Positions 17,551 through 28,019 are shown, counted from the first letter of the stretch. The stretch is DNA of 57,345 bases from an uncultured archaeon (GCA_902385225.1 CABMEU010000017.1:1-57345); one strand, 5' to 3'. A program made the numbers and translations. The notes: generated from the letters alone by a model not told the origin.

Positions 17551-17880
17551 ATGGCCAAAAAATCCAGTAAATCAAGTAACAACGTTTTGGCAGCGATTAC
17601 GCACATCTTGGGAATATTCATTTCCTTCATCGGCGCGCTTGTAGTATACATCGCGGTTGATAATAAAGAAGTGAAGAACCACGCAAAGAACGCGCTGAAC
17701 TGGCAAATCAGCCTGATAATCTATTCAATAATATCAATCATTTTGATAATCGTTATTATTGGAATAGTACTGCTCGTTCTGCTTGGAATCCTGAATGTGA
17801 TTTTCTGCATAATCGCCGCAATCAAAGCGAGCGACGGGAAATTATGGGAATACCCGCTCACAATCAAATTCCTCAAGTGA
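17551..17880 (+). CDS. DUF4870-family membrane protein
   Basis: HAKNALNWQIS and AAIKASDG..YP motifs. Confidence 0.85.
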   Translation: MAKKSSKSSNNVLAAITHILGIFISFIGALVVYIAVDNKEVKNHAKNALNWQISLIIYSIISIILIIVIIGIVLLVLLGILNVIFCIIAAIKASDGKLWEYPLTIKFLK

Positions 17881-17984
17881 AGAACTTGGGGAATTCCCTT
17901 TTTTTTGATTTTATTCTTTAGGAATTAATGCCCCACCTTTTCATTTAAATACTTCTTGGTCTTTGATATTAACCTGCGGTTAAA

Positions 17985-18842
17985 ATGGATTTACTCACAC
18001 TAAAAGAACTCACAAGGGAGCAAATAGACGAACTCCTCTGCCTTGCGGATGAGATGAAGAGAGTGCCTGAGAACTATTATGAAACGCTCAAGGGAAAAAT
18101 ACTTGTAATGCTATTTGAGAAAACCTCTACCCGAACGCGGACAAGCTTTGAAGCAGGAATGGTGCAGCTCGGCGGACACGCCATTTATTTGGATTGGAAG
18201 AGCACCCAACTCGGCAAAGCGAAACTCGCTGATGAAATAAAATGCATTGAGAGATACGCGGATATTATGATGGCCCGCGTATATACACACGAATCAATAC
18301 AAGAAATCGCTGGGGCATCAACTAAACCAGTAATTAATGCTCTCTGTGACAAATACCACCCCTGCCAAATACTCGCTGACCTAATGACTATACGCGAACA
18401 CTACGGGAAACTTGAGGGACTCACACTTGCGTATTTGGGTGATGGGAATAATGTCTGCAATACTCTGATTATTGGATGCAAAAAAATGGGGATGAAAATT
18501 AATGTTGCTACTCCTAAAGGATATGAGCCGCTTGAGAAACCTGATTTATTGACGAACAATCCGAAGGAAGCAGTGAAGGGAGCGGATGTAGTTTATACTG
18601 ATACATGGGTCTCAATGGGACAGGAAGAGGAAAAAGAGAAACGAATGAAAATATTTCCTCCCTACCAAGTAACTAAAGAACTCCTTGGAAAAGCCATCTT
18701 CATGCACTGCTTGCCCGCCTACCGCGGACTAGAAGTCACAGATGAAGTAATTGACTCAAAACAAAGCGTGGTATTTGACGAAGCCGAGAACCGAATGCAC
18801 GCCCAAAAAGCGCTGATGGTGAAACTGCTAAAGGAATGGTAG
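17985..18842 (+). CDS. argF: Ornithine carbamoyltransferase
   Basis: STRTR, HPCQ, GDGNN, DTWVSMG, HCLP, AENR. Confidence 0.96.
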   Translation: MDLLTLKELTREQIDELLCLADEMKRVPENYYETLKGKILVMLFEKTSTRTRTSFEAGMVQLGGHAIYLDWKSTQLGKAKLADEIKCIERYADIMMARVYTHESIQEIAGASTKPVINALCDKYHPCQILADLMTIREHYGKLEGLTLAYLGDGNNVCNTLIIGCKKMGMKINVATPKGYEPLEKPDLLTNNPKEAVKGADVVYTDTWVSMGQEEEKEKRMKIFPPYQVTKELLGKAIFMHCLPAYRGLEVTDEVIDSKQSVVFDEAENRMHAQKALMVKLLKEW

Positions 18843-18918
18843 TGTTTGAGAGAGTCTAAAGAAAGTTTAATATATAGCCTGACTAAGTAATTTGTATAGA
18901 GTTGATTGGTGTTATTAT

Positions 18919-19596
18919 ATGAGGAACTCGGGAAGATCTTTTGGCAGGGATGGGAGCGATTTTAGACACTTTCTTAAGGGAAGAGTAACGCATAGCAAGC
19001 CCGTGCCAGGCATGGCGCCTGCTAAAAAAGCTGCCGAGAAATTGCCTAAGAAATTTGAAGAAATTGCGCTTGCCGCGGCAAGGCTGGAATTCTTACAAAG
19101 ACAAAATGTGGGCTTAAAGAATGTTCAACGATCTAAATTAGCAAATCTAGCGCTTGTTCTTTCAAACACTGGAAAATATGAGGAATTCGCCAAGGTAATG
19201 GCTGAGTGGCGCAAAATGCAGCACCCTGGGGCTAAGGTTACGGCAATCGAGCTAGTGTCAAAGAAGATTGACCTTGTAATGCCTTTAGTTGGAACCGCAG
19301 TGCGCAGAAGGATAGCATGCCTGCCTGTATCAGAGCAGAATCTTATCAATGTAAAGTGGGACAAAGCTATTCAGACAGAATTCGCATCCGCATTGAAAGT
19401 GGGTCTGAGAAGAATGTATGATGTTCAGCAGAATCCTGACTGGGCCGCTTTTGTCGGCGAGGTTCATATGAACACGCGCCACATTAATCGTCCAAGCGTG
19501 GATTTTATTCTTGGAGTATATTTGGAGACAGTTGGGAAACTGGATAAACGGGTAACCGAGATAATACAATCCGGCAAGATTGAGAGCGGGAATTAA
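18919..19596 (+). CDS. Basic orphan protein
   Basis: Long ORF with an Arg/Lys/Pro-rich N-terminus; no recognisable domain. Confidence 0.6.
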   Translation: MRNSGRSFGRDGSDFRHFLKGRVTHSKPVPGMAPAKKAAEKLPKKFEEIALAAARLEFLQRQNVGLKNVQRSKLANLALVLSNTGKYEEFAKVMAEWRKMQHPGAKVTAIELVSKKIDLVMPLVGTAVRRRIACLPVSEQNLINVKWDKAIQTEFASALKVGLRRMYDVQQNPDWAAFVGEVHMNTRHINRPSVDFILGVYLETVGKLDKRVTEIIQSGKIESGN

Positions 19597-19612
19597 TTTT
19601 CTTTATGGGTGA

Positions 19613-20071
19613 ATGCAGATGACAAAACCAGTTAGAAAACCAATGCGAGGAACACCAAAACCAACAAAGGTAAAGCTTCCAATACGCAGATTGACATTTA
19701 ATACTGAGGTTTTTAAAAGACGATTCGAAACGAAGGCGAAGGAAGTTGGGTGGGTCGGCAACGGAACCCTTCCAACACAAATGCTTATGCCTTTTGTTCT
19801 AAGCAGATTATCAAAGCAAAATGGAATGGGGAAATTATTTAGGGCTGAGAATCGTTCACGAAAAATATTCGAGTCAGTTGTGGCTGATGTGGGCACCGGA
19901 AAAATTGGGCGCGATGTAATGGTTAACCTTTGCTATAGGGCACACCTAACCCGCCCGCAGGCTGAATTGATTATAAATGAATTGCGCGAATTTGCAAAAA
20001 GAGTTCCTGCCTTGGAGAGATATGCCCAAAATTTGAGTCTACAGGGCACGAATCCAAATCTTAAGAATTAA
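19613..20071 (+). CDS. Basic orphan protein
   Basis: GGGTGA RBS; N-terminus MTKPVRKPMRGTPKPTKVK. Confidence 0.6.
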   Translation: MQMTKPVRKPMRGTPKPTKVKLPIRRLTFNTEVFKRRFETKAKEVGWVGNGTLPTQMLMPFVLSRLSKQNGMGKLFRAENRSRKIFESVVADVGTGKIGRDVMVNLCYRAHLTRPQAELIINELREFAKRVPALERYAQNLSLQGTNPNLKN

Positions 20072-20086
20072 CACCCCCACTTTTTT

Positions 20087-20338
20087 TTACTTAATCGTGC
20101 TAAGAATTAGCTCTTCCTTCTTCTTCCTGCTCAACTTCTTTAGTTCAAGTTCTCTCCTCATCGCCAAGAGCTGGGTGCTTTGGGGCTCGGAGTAAATCAG
20201 TTTTACGGGAAGCCTTGCTCTTGTGTATTTACTCGCGCTCCCCTCATTGTGCTTTTTTAGGCGCTTATTCAAATCCTTTGTGTAGCCGCAATAGTATGAG
20301 CCGTCACTGCACAAAAGAAAATAAACAAAGAAAGGCAT
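20087..20338 (-). CDS. GIY-YIG nuclease (UPF0213/YhbQ-like)
   Basis: FVYFL.C.DGSYYCGYT.DL..R...H..G.ASKYTR. Confidence 0.92.
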   Translation of the reverse strand: MPFFVYFLLCSDGSYYCGYTKDLNKRLKKHNEGSASKYTRARLPVKLIYSEPQSTQLLAMRRELELKKLSRKKKEELILSTIK

Positions 20339-20422
20339 GCCTAAATTAAACACCAACAGATTTAATGGTTTAACTTAATGACGCTGGAAAGGTTTAAGTA
20401 ATTCCTGCGCGTTTCTTTGTTC

Positions 20423-21490
20423 GTGAAAGAAAAAACAGAATTAATCAAAGAGAAAGGATTTGATAACTCCAAGTATCTTAAGGCGCAGCTCGCCGCAATC
20501 CGTGAAAGAGTATCAAAGTTTGATAAACTCTATCTTGAGATAGGCGGAAGACTCACGTTTGACGGGCATGCCTCAAGAGTGCTCCCTGGGTATGACCCAA
20601 AGAACAAAATGGCAATACTTAAAGCGCTTGGAAAGGATATTGGGATGCTTTACTGCATCAGCGCAATTGAACTTGAGAAGGAACTCACTTACAAGCGGAG
20701 CTGGAGTGATACAAAACTAAGCCTTGATGAACTTGCAATCAAAGAGACAAATGCACTTGAAAATGCGGGGGTTCATGTGGTTGGAATTGTTGCTACTCGC
20801 TTTTCGGGGCAAAAAAAGGTGCTCGCGTTTAAGAAAAAACTCGCGCGCTTAGGGAAAAAGCTTTACTTTACACACACTATAGCCGGATATCCTTATGAAA
20901 TGAAGAAAGTGTTTGGGGAAAACGGATTTTCTGCACAGGGGTTTATTCCGACGAATAAGAAAATCATTGGTGTTACCGGTGCCGGAGCAAATTCCGGAAA
21001 AATGTTTGTGTGCCTCTCACAAGTGTATCAAGAAAGTAAACGCGGGGTAAGCGCGGGGTACGCAAAGCTTGAAACATTTCCAATTTGGAACTTGCCAATC
21101 ACGCATCCGGTGAATATTGCTTACGAAGCCGCGACCGCTGATATTGGGGACAAAATCATGGTTGATGAGTATCACAAAAAGGCTTACAACATAACAGCGG
21201 TTAATTACAACCGCGATATTGAGAACTTCTACATACTAAAGAGAATTATAAAGCGAATTGTTCCTGCGGAAAACTACATGCACTCGTACAAATCACCAAC
21301 TGACATGGGGATGAACAAAGCGAAGGTTGGGATAATTAATGATGCTACATGCCAAGAGGCTGGAAGAGCAGAAGTTGTGCGAAGGTATGAGTTCTATAAA
21401 CATAACTTGAAGGGAAAAAATCGGGAAGAAACATTAAAAAGAATGAAAGTGATACTAAAAAAAGTGGGACTAGCGGAAGTGAGAGATTGA
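20423..21490 (+). CDS. DUF1846-family protein (short form)
   Basis: KGFDN.KYL..Q, KLYLE.GG, HASRVLPG, GYAKLETFPIWN, AYEAATAD, NYNRD, YKSPTDMG. Confidence 0.85.
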   Translation: MKEKTELIKEKGFDNSKYLKAQLAAIRERVSKFDKLYLEIGGRLTFDGHASRVLPGYDPKNKMAILKALGKDIGMLYCISAIELEKELTYKRSWSDTKLSLDELAIKETNALENAGVHVVGIVATRFSGQKKVLAFKKKLARLGKKLYFTHTIAGYPYEMKKVFGENGFSAQGFIPTNKKIIGVTGAGANSGKMFVCLSQVYQESKRGVSAGYAKLETFPIWNLPITHPVNIAYEAATADIGDKIMVDEYHKKAYNITAVNYNRDIENFYILKRIIKRIVPAENYMHSYKSPTDMGMNKAKVGIINDATCQEAGRAEVVRRYEFYKHNLKGKNREETLKRMKVILKKVGLAEVRD

Positions 21491-22269
21491 TTAAGGGAAG
21501 CAAGGGTTCTTTTACACCGGAACACTTTGTCGGGAAGATAAAAGCGAGGAATGCGGCGAGAAGAAAACCTTGGCGAAACTATTTGAAGAGACTTGCCGTG
21601 GAGACCGCTGCCGTGTCGGGAAGAGAAAAGTGGCGCAAACTCGGAGTGGTTTGGGATGATGGCCGGAATTATGCTAATCACTACTCTCCATTCTTTAGTT
21701 TCGCGCTCTCAAAATTCTTACGAACAAATGTAACTGATATGGCGGGCGGGGTGGCAAACCTTGTGGGAAAGCCAACAATACAAGTTCTTGAGGATGGAGT
21801 TGGGAGAGGAGCATTCCTATCAGAGTTTAAACCAATTCTCTGGAAACTTGGGTTGAAAGCGCAAACCACTGGGCTATATGTTGAGAGGAAGAATCCAAGG
21901 CTTGAGAAAGCAAGAGGTCAAATTGATGAATTACAGAGGGGACTAGCGGAATACTATGTTCCGAAAAAGAAATTTGATTTGTTTGTCTCTTTAGCTGGTT
22001 CTATTCAGGAAACCCTTCCTGCGCACCAAGTAAATAAAATACTCAAATTCGCTTCCGCAATGAATCCAAGGGGATTAATGCTTGTGGGGCTTGTAAGGGG
22101 GTCATTTGATTTTAGATTTGATTTTCAGGTTGCAAAAGTTAAACGCGTGCTTATGGAAGAAGGGTTTCGGGCGGAAGTGTACAAAGTGCCTTCTGAGGTA
22201 ACGCCAGGGGTAACATTGCCAAACTATGTGCTCGTGGCGCAAAGGGGGCGCTTGCGGGGTTCAAAATAA
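21487..22269 (+). CDS. Class I SAM-methyltransferase-like protein with a basic N-terminal extension
   Basis: VLEDGVGRG motif I, FDLFVS, MNPRGLMLV. Confidence 0.65.
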   Translation: MIKGSKGSFTPEHFVGKIKARNAARRKPWRNYLKRLAVETAAVSGREKWRKLGVVWDDGRNYANHYSPFFSFALSKFLRTNVTDMAGGVANLVGKPTIQVLEDGVGRGAFLSEFKPILWKLGLKAQTTGLYVERKNPRLEKARGQIDELQRGLAEYYVPKKKFDLFVSLAGSIQETLPAHQVNKILKFASAMNPRGLMLVGLVRGSFDFRFDFQVAKVKRVLMEEGFRAEVYKVPSEVTPGVTLPNYVLVAQRGRLRGSK

Positions 22270-22486
22270 ATTATATTTAATGGAAGCTTCACTTCCTTTA
22301 ATAATCAATTTTCTGTATTCGCTTTTTGTTCCTGAAAACTACAAAATCCTGGACACATTTGGACTTTGCTCGAAAGAATTATTTTTGAGTTAATTCCTCT
22401 AAAAAGCAGTTTTCAAGAGGAACAAAGCATAATTCGCCAAAAACCCTTCAAAATGGAAACCTTAATATTCCCCCTTAGTGCTTAGT

Positions 22487-23365
22487 ATGCAAGTGGTTTT
22501 AATGAGAATGAATTTAATGGCTGGCGGAGTACTTGCGATTTTTGCGCTTCTAGTACTCTTTGGGTGCACAATTCCAAATATAGGGTCCTTTGTAATTGGC
22601 GAGAACTTTACAGCAAAGGCAGGAAATCTTTATTACAATTCCGCTGAAGAACTTGGGGTATACGTGCTTGGAATTACTGATTCCCGCTGCCCTCAAGGGG
22701 TTGAATGTATCTGGGCGGGAGAACTTGGGGTCAACTTAGTTATTGCTGCAAAGGACTTTAATCAAGCACTCAATTTGGGAATGACCACAAAACCCACAAC
22801 CATAGTTTCTCCATATTCAATAAATTTAATTTCGGTAAATCCTGACACAAATGAAGCGGTTATTAGAATAGACCCGACAATAGCCCCAATAGTTGGCGGA
22901 GATAAGGATACACACGGATGCATACCTTCGGCGGGTTACTCCTGGTGCGAAACAAAACAAAAATGTTTGCGCGTATGGGAAGAGAATTGCGCTGACACAA
23001 ATGCAGGGCTTGCGAATCCTGCCTCAACGAACTGCATTGACCACAATGGGACTCTGAATATAATGGATACTAATGAAGGGCAAGTTGGAATGTGCACCCT
23101 TCCAGGCGGGAAAGTATGCGAAGAATGGGCGCTCCTCAGAGGAGATTGTAATGCCAATATTTGCGGAGCATGCCCCCAGTATACTCCTCCGGCACCAGGA
23201 TTTTGCCCCAATGGAGATATAGTTGCCGGAGCGGTAAATGAATGCGGATGCATTGCTCCGCCAACATGTGCTCCTATCGCATGCACGCTTGATGCCAAAG
23301 CCTGCCCTGATGGATCATACGTTGGAAGAGTAGCGCCTGACTGTAACTTTGAGCCCTGCCCATAA
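22487..23365 (+). CDS. Cys-rich lipoprotein with DUF333 and small disulfide modules
   Basis: Lipobox LFGC, DSRCP..V.CIWAG, GGDKDTHGC..SAGYSWC, ANPAS..C...GG (DUF333), ACTLDAK.CPDGSYVGR. Confidence 0.85.
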   Translation: MQVVLMRMNLMAGGVLAIFALLVLFGCTIPNIGSFVIGENFTAKAGNLYYNSAEELGVYVLGITDSRCPQGVECIWAGELGVNLVIAAKDFNQALNLGMTTKPTTIVSPYSINLISVNPDTNEAVIRIDPTIAPIVGGDKDTHGCIPSAGYSWCETKQKCLRVWEENCADTNAGLANPASTNCIDHNGTLNIMDTNEGQVGMCTLPGGKVCEEWALLRGDCNANICGACPQYTPPAPGFCPNGDIVAGAVNECGCIAPPTCAPIACTLDAKACPDGSYVGRVAPDCNFEPCP

Positions 23366-23403
23366 AGTTAAAATGATTCTTGGAGAATATCCAAAAATTA
23401 AAA

Positions 23404-23586
23404 TCAGTTCTCTTTTTTCTTTTCTAATGGTTTTGGGCCATCGGATTTCTGGCGACCAGCATCCATAATGTTTTGATCCATTGAGGTGCGATTCGCTCTC
23501 TGCCACTGCTGTTCGCGGCCATTATCCCTGCTCTTATTAATTGCGGCAAGATTTGCTTTTTGCTGTTTTTTAGAAGTAGTAACCAT
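23404..23586 (-). CDS. Small hydrophilic protein
   Basis: 60-aa ORF with a TATA-like element about 25 nt upstream. Confidence 0.45.
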   Translation of the reverse strand: MVTTSKKQQKANLAAINKSRDNGREQQWQRANRTSMDQNIMDAGRQKSDGPKPLEKKKEN

Positions 23587-23640
23587 ATACAATATACAAT
23601 AGCACGAGTATATATTTGGGAGGGTGAGAAAAAGATTTTA

Positions 23641-24375
23641 CTAGAATCTTTCTGGCTCCTTAACTAATCCTTTGAAATAAGGGGCATATTCCTTGAATCC
23701 ATTCGGATCCATTTTTAAAATCTCAAGGAAGCGTTCCGCCATATAAGGCTCTGTTTTAATATAATTCTTCAAGAGCCCGCTATTTTTTAACCACCTTAAC
23801 TCAAGTGCGAGTCCTACTTGGTGGGACCAATTTTCTCCGTATTCGTGTTCTGCGGCTGCATGGTCAAACCTTCTAAGATTCTTATTTCCACCATCCTGAA
23901 TAACTATCACGCCGCTTCTATTCAACGCATTATCATCACGGCGCTCTACTCTCTCTCGGTAAACAGGAAACCCCCTGTGATAGAAAATTGGCTTGCCATA
24001 CCTTTTCTCAAGCTCCCTAGCCTCGGCGAGTGAACTATCCGCACCCCTTAGTCTCTTTGAGGCGATTGTGTAATGAGTTCCCCATGAGAGGAAAAATTCA
24101 CGCGGAACTCTTGAGAGAAAACCCCTTGGATATCTTTTTAGAATAAAGTCCGCGGTAGCGCGAAGACCAATTCTTCTTGAGAGAGAGCGCGAAGCAAACA
24201 GCCTGACACTTGAGTGGGAATCAAAAAGCGAGGAGCGGAGCATTGTAAGACTCTTTGGGTCGCGCATCCGCCCCGCAAGCTTTGCGGCGTCTTTTCTTGC
24301 ATGGTGTGAATAATGACTTTGCATCCACTTTAGGTCTTTGATGGAAACCTTAACTGGTTTTCTTAACTTTGGCAT
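23641..24375 (-). CDS. Basic orphan with a HEAT-like repeat and an HE motif
   Basis: N-terminus MPKLRKPVK; AR..AA..AG...L.D....VR..A..SL (HEAT-like); AAAEHEYGE..SH. Confidence 0.6.
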   Translation of the reverse strand: MPKLRKPVKVSIKDLKWMQSHYSHHARKDAAKLAGRMRDPKSLTMLRSSLFDSHSSVRLFASRSLSRRIGLRATADFILKRYPRGFLSRVPREFFLSWGTHYTIASKRLRGADSSLAEARELEKRYGKPIFYHRGFPVYRERVERRDDNALNRSGVIVIQDGGNKNLRRFDHAAAEHEYGENWSHQVGLALELRWLKNSGLLKNYIKTEPYMAERFLEILKMDPNGFKEYAPYFKGLVKEPERF

Positions 24376-24457
24376 AGTAAATAGAAAACGAGCCGGAAGA
24401 ATATAAAATTAACTTGGGGCGCACTTTTTTATAGATTAAGTAGGGTGATGTGTTGGT

Positions 24458-24943
24458 ATGGAACTCCTTGACCTTGTTGATGGAAATGACAATGTTATTG
24501 GGCAGGAAGAGAAGGACGTTGTTAAGGCAAAGAACTTGCGGCGCAGGATTTCCCATATATTTGTAATGAACAAGAAAGGGCAAATGCTTCTTCAGCTCCG
24601 CGGAAAGGATTGTTCATATTTGCCGGGGTATTGGTGTGTATCCGCGGGAGGACACGTTTCCGCCGGCGAGAGTTATGAGGAAGCGGCGAAGAAGGAACTT
24701 TGGGAAGAGCTTGGGGTGGAAGCGCCTCTAAAGCTCTTGGGAAAGAATCTTTTTGTTACGCCAAAGTTTGAAATATTCATTAGCGCTTTTACTGCCCAGT
24801 ATGCGGGACCATTCAAACTTGAGGAAGGGAAGGTTGCGGAAGTGAAATGGTTCACGCTAGGGGAAATTAAAGAACTAATTAAGAATAATGGGAAAATACA
24901 CCCGGAGCTATTATTCCTTTTGAAGAAGTACTTCTTGAAGTAA
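24458..24943 (+). CDS. NUDIX hydrolase (IDI type 1/YfcD-like)
   Basis: LLQLR...PGYW..SAGGHV.AGESYEEAAKKELWEELG. Confidence 0.9.
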   Translation: MELLDLVDGNDNVIGQEEKDVVKAKNLRRRISHIFVMNKKGQMLLQLRGKDCSYLPGYWCVSAGGHVSAGESYEEAAKKELWEELGVEAPLKLLGKNLFVTPKFEIFISAFTAQYAGPFKLEEGKVAEVKWFTLGEIKELIKNNGKIHPELLFLLKKYFLK

Positions 24944-24977
24944 GGTTTAAGTAAAAGTACTGCTGTTTTATACTTAC

Positions 24978-25715
24978 ATGCCAAAGATTAGAATCAGAAT
25001 CGGACCGAGTCGTGCACGCGTCCTTAAACCCAAGGGGGTTATAGATTCAAGGCTTAGAACTACACGAATTCAAACCCTGCCTCAAAACATGTTCACTATT
25101 CGTGGAAGACCCTCGAGAGTATTCTCCATGAATACTAACTATGCAAAAGTATCTACTAATCAAAAGAAGGCAGAGGCGTTTGATAATAAATCAAGGTATT
25201 TGCGCAAATCAAAACGCAGGGTTTCTCTATCCAGTATAACAGTTCGTACCCACAATAAAGAGTATTCAAGGAGGATTGCTGAACAGGACACTTTGCGGAG
25301 AGAAAATGACCGGCTTGCAAAGCAAATCAAGTGGAAAATGTTGAAAATAATTGGGAAGATTGACAAGGCAAGTGTGAATCCTGGAAATATTCTTCCAGAG
25401 GTGGAGCGAGCGCAAATAGAAGAACTTGTATCAAATTGGGCGGAGCACGCTGCGGGGTTTTTTCCCGGAGAGGATTTCTTCCTGCAAAAAGGTCCAAATA
25501 ACATCGCCAGAAAACTTTCAGTGAAGCGAATGGGGTTTATTGCGAATAATGCTGCTCAAATATCCCAATTAGCCGAGATGCTTCATGCGCGTTACTTTAT
25601 TTCAGAAGATGATTATCATGCGATACTGGGTCTTATTGAAAAAGGATTTGATTCCGAGCGGGAGTTACAAAGAAAATATCTCAAAAGGGATTTGCCAAAG
25701 TGGTTGAAAAAATGA
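24978..25715 (+). CDS. Basic orphan protein
   Basis: MPKIRIRIGPSRARVLKPK; shared AAGGTTTAAGTAAAAG promoter. Confidence 0.6.
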   Translation: MPKIRIRIGPSRARVLKPKGVIDSRLRTTRIQTLPQNMFTIRGRPSRVFSMNTNYAKVSTNQKKAEAFDNKSRYLRKSKRRVSLSSITVRTHNKEYSRRIAEQDTLRRENDRLAKQIKWKMLKIIGKIDKASVNPGNILPEVERAQIEELVSNWAEHAAGFFPGEDFFLQKGPNNIARKLSVKRMGFIANNAAQISQLAEMLHARYFISEDDYHAILGLIEKGFDSERELQRKYLKRDLPKWLKK

Positions 25716-25770
25716 TTTAATTAGTGCTTTTTGAGAAACCTTTAAGTAAAAGCTTTGCAGTTGTCTTGCT

Positions 25771-26346
25771 ATGTCTAAACCAAAGAAAGCGATTGAGTTG
25801 AAAAAACTAATTGGTTTCTTGTGCATATTCGCTTCCGTGCAATTCCTCCTCGTAATGCTTTACCTTGAATCAATCATCCCAGGGTTTGATAGGGCGAAGA
25901 ATGTGATTAGCGATTTGGGTGTGGGAAGCACCGCACTTGCGTTTAACTCCTCAATCATCCTCACAGGAGCAATCGTAATCATTTTGGCATTCCTTTTCTT
26001 AAAATCCTCAAAGAAATTACTTCCATTCACCGCACTAGTTGTGTTTGGAATCGCAATCGCATGCGTTGGGGTATTTCCAACAAACATTCGCGCCCCGCAC
26101 GTTACCGCGGCGATAATCACTTTTGTTATTGGTCCCTTAATTTGTATTGGTTCTTACTGGTACTCAAAAAAACCCCAAAGCTACCTCTTTGTTCTTTTAT
26201 GGTTAATCTCCATAATCGCTTCCATTTCCTACCAATTTAGCGTGCTTGGGGGAACTGGCTTTGGGCTGCTTGAGCGAATAATTGTTTACCCCCTCCTCAT
26301 TTGGGCAATAGTATTTGGAATACAAATGGTTATTGGGAAGAAATAG
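25771..26346 (+). CDS. DUF998-family membrane protein
   Basis: NVISDLG, FN, VGVFP, H..AA, GLLER..YP. Confidence 0.85.
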   Translation: MSKPKKAIELKKLIGFLCIFASVQFLLVMLYLESIIPGFDRAKNVISDLGVGSTALAFNSSIILTGAIVIILAFLFLKSSKKLLPFTALVVFGIAIACVGVFPTNIRAPHVTAAIITFVIGPLICIGSYWYSKKPQSYLFVLLWLISIIASISYQFSVLGGTGFGLLERIIVYPLLIWAIVFGIQMVIGKK

Positions 26347-26360
26347 TCTCATCTTGGGGG

Positions 26361-27188
26361 TTACATCTTGTTCTCCAAGTAACTTGGAGCAAACTTCTGC
26401 CCTATTCTAATCAGAACATTCTTTTTGTGGCGGGGAGTGGAATTGTACTTTTCCGCAAGGGCGGAATACTCTCTTTTTAATTCATCAAAAGAAGGAATTG
26501 CTTTTCCTTTTAGCAAATCAAATATTGCGGGGTTACGGCAAGCGCCCCTCCCAATCATCACACCCTTAACACCCATTTTCTTTACTTCGTGAAGTGCCTT
26601 TGGAGTCTCAATATCCCCATTCGCGATAATCTCTTTTCCGCTTGCAACGCACTCCTCAAACACAGAGTAATCAGGTTTGTCTTCGTATGTTTCCTCTCCT
26701 GTCCTTGCGTGCACAATAAAAAAATCGGGGTCGCTTCCGTTAATCAGATTCATATACACTTTAACCTTTTTCTCAAAAGCACTTGCGCCGAGACGGATTT
26801 TTAGCGAAACAGGGTAATTATACTTTCTTACAATATTGATTAGGCGATTAGCCTTAGTTACCCGCTTTACCATCGCGCACCCCCGCCCCACTCTTTGCAC
26901 CTCTGGAGCGGGACAGCCAAAATTAAAATTAAAACCCATAAATCCTTCGCTTGGCTTAAAACTCTTTAAATACTTCTCAAGCATCTCATCCTTCCCAGGG
27001 AGTATTTGTATTTGGGTTGGGGTGTTGTCAAGCCTAAGGGTTTTGTTCACTGTGGGCTTGTTATTCCTCGCAAGCCCGTCAATCTTAGCCATCTCAGTAA
27101 AAGTCAAATCCGCGCCGTGATTAAAACAAAGCCTGCGAAAAGCGGAATCAGTGTGCTCCTCCATCGGGGCGAGCATGAAGCGAAACAT
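26361..27188 (-). CDS. dus: tRNA-dihydrouridine synthase family
   Basis: LAPM, NFGCP, KIRLG, VHART, ANGDI, GVMIGRG. Confidence 0.92.
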   Translation of the reverse strand: MFRFMLAPMEEHTDSAFRRLCFNHGADLTFTEMAKIDGLARNNKPTVNKTLRLDNTPTQIQILPGKDEMLEKYLKSFKPSEGFMGFNFNFGCPAPEVQRVGRGCAMVKRVTKANRLINIVRKYNYPVSLKIRLGASAFEKKVKVYMNLINGSDPDFFIVHARTGEETYEDKPDYSVFEECVASGKEIIANGDIETPKALHEVKKMGVKGVMIGRGACRNPAIFDLLKGKAIPSFDELKREYSALAEKYNSTPRHKKNVLIRIGQKFAPSYLENKM

Positions 27189-27269
27189 ACAAATAATTCA
27201 ATTGGATTGTATTAAAAATAATGAGTCCTTAAGAGAAGATTTAAGTAAAAGGTTTGGGGTTTATTTATT

Positions 27270-28019
27270 ATGGTCCTTAAACCAATTGACAAACGCATCC
27301 TAAAAAGGATGCGCGTGCTAATGAAGCGTGAACAAAAAAGAACGGGAAAGCCCATTCCAAAACGCGCACTAAGACTCTTTGGCAGACTTAGGAATATTGA
27401 TGAACGAAAAATAAGGGAATATGGTCACATCCCCGGATTTATTGAGGATGTTGGACGAAAAGCAAGACACCCTGGTTATGCTGTAAGGGTAATGCGGGTA
27501 AAGGGAACAAGCGGGATTGTGTTAAAATATCCAACACTCACAAACGAACACTATAAGGTTTCTCCAAGGGAAGAGATAAGGTTCACCCGAAGAATGGTTG
27601 AGCTGGTTAATCAAAAATTCCCAAATGGGGGATTTAGAATACTAAAACCAATTGGTTACCCAGTGGGACCATTTATTGCAATGAGAAAAACAAGCCTGCC
27701 CGTTGTCGATGATTTCTATCGCCCTGAAAGATTAACCCCCAAAGCCAAGAAAACGCTTGCGCGGTTATCAAAGCAAATGGGGATGAGTGAAGAAGAAATT
27801 AGAAAAAGAATTATTGAACTTGGGCACAAAATAGGATTTGAGGGGTGGCTTATGGCATACGAGAAAAAAATAAAACTCGCCAATTACCCCGCAGGCAGCG
27901 CTGTTACAAATCGAAAAGGAATAAGCTTTACTTTAGCCCCGCTTGACTCAAAGCACCTCCAAATAATCGGCCAAAAAGACGGAGTAATACAATTCGTGCC
28001 ATACATTGATTTGGCTTAA
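27270..28019 (+). CDS. Basic orphan protein, possibly a degenerate kinase-like fold
   Basis: Arg/Lys-rich N-terminus; IVLKY...EEI and C-terminal LDSKHL...FVPYID weakly recall kinase motifs. Confidence 0.55.
   Translation: MVLKPIDKRILKRMRVLMKREQKRTGKPIPKRALRLFGRLRNIDERKIREYGHIPGFIEDVGRKARHPGYAVRVMRVKGTSGIVLKYPTLTNEHYKVSPREEIRFTRRMVELVNQKFPNGGFRILKPIGYPVGPFIAMRKTSLPVVDDFYRPERLTPKAKKTLARLSKQMGMSEEEIRKRIIELGHKIGFEGWLMAYEKKIKLANYPAGSAVTNRKGISFTLAPLDSKHLQIIGQKDGVIQFVPYIDLA

Noticed and set aside
20087..20338. GIY-YIG as a homing endonuclease or mobile intron marker
   Set aside because: It is the short stand-alone UPF0213 type and does not sit inside another gene.
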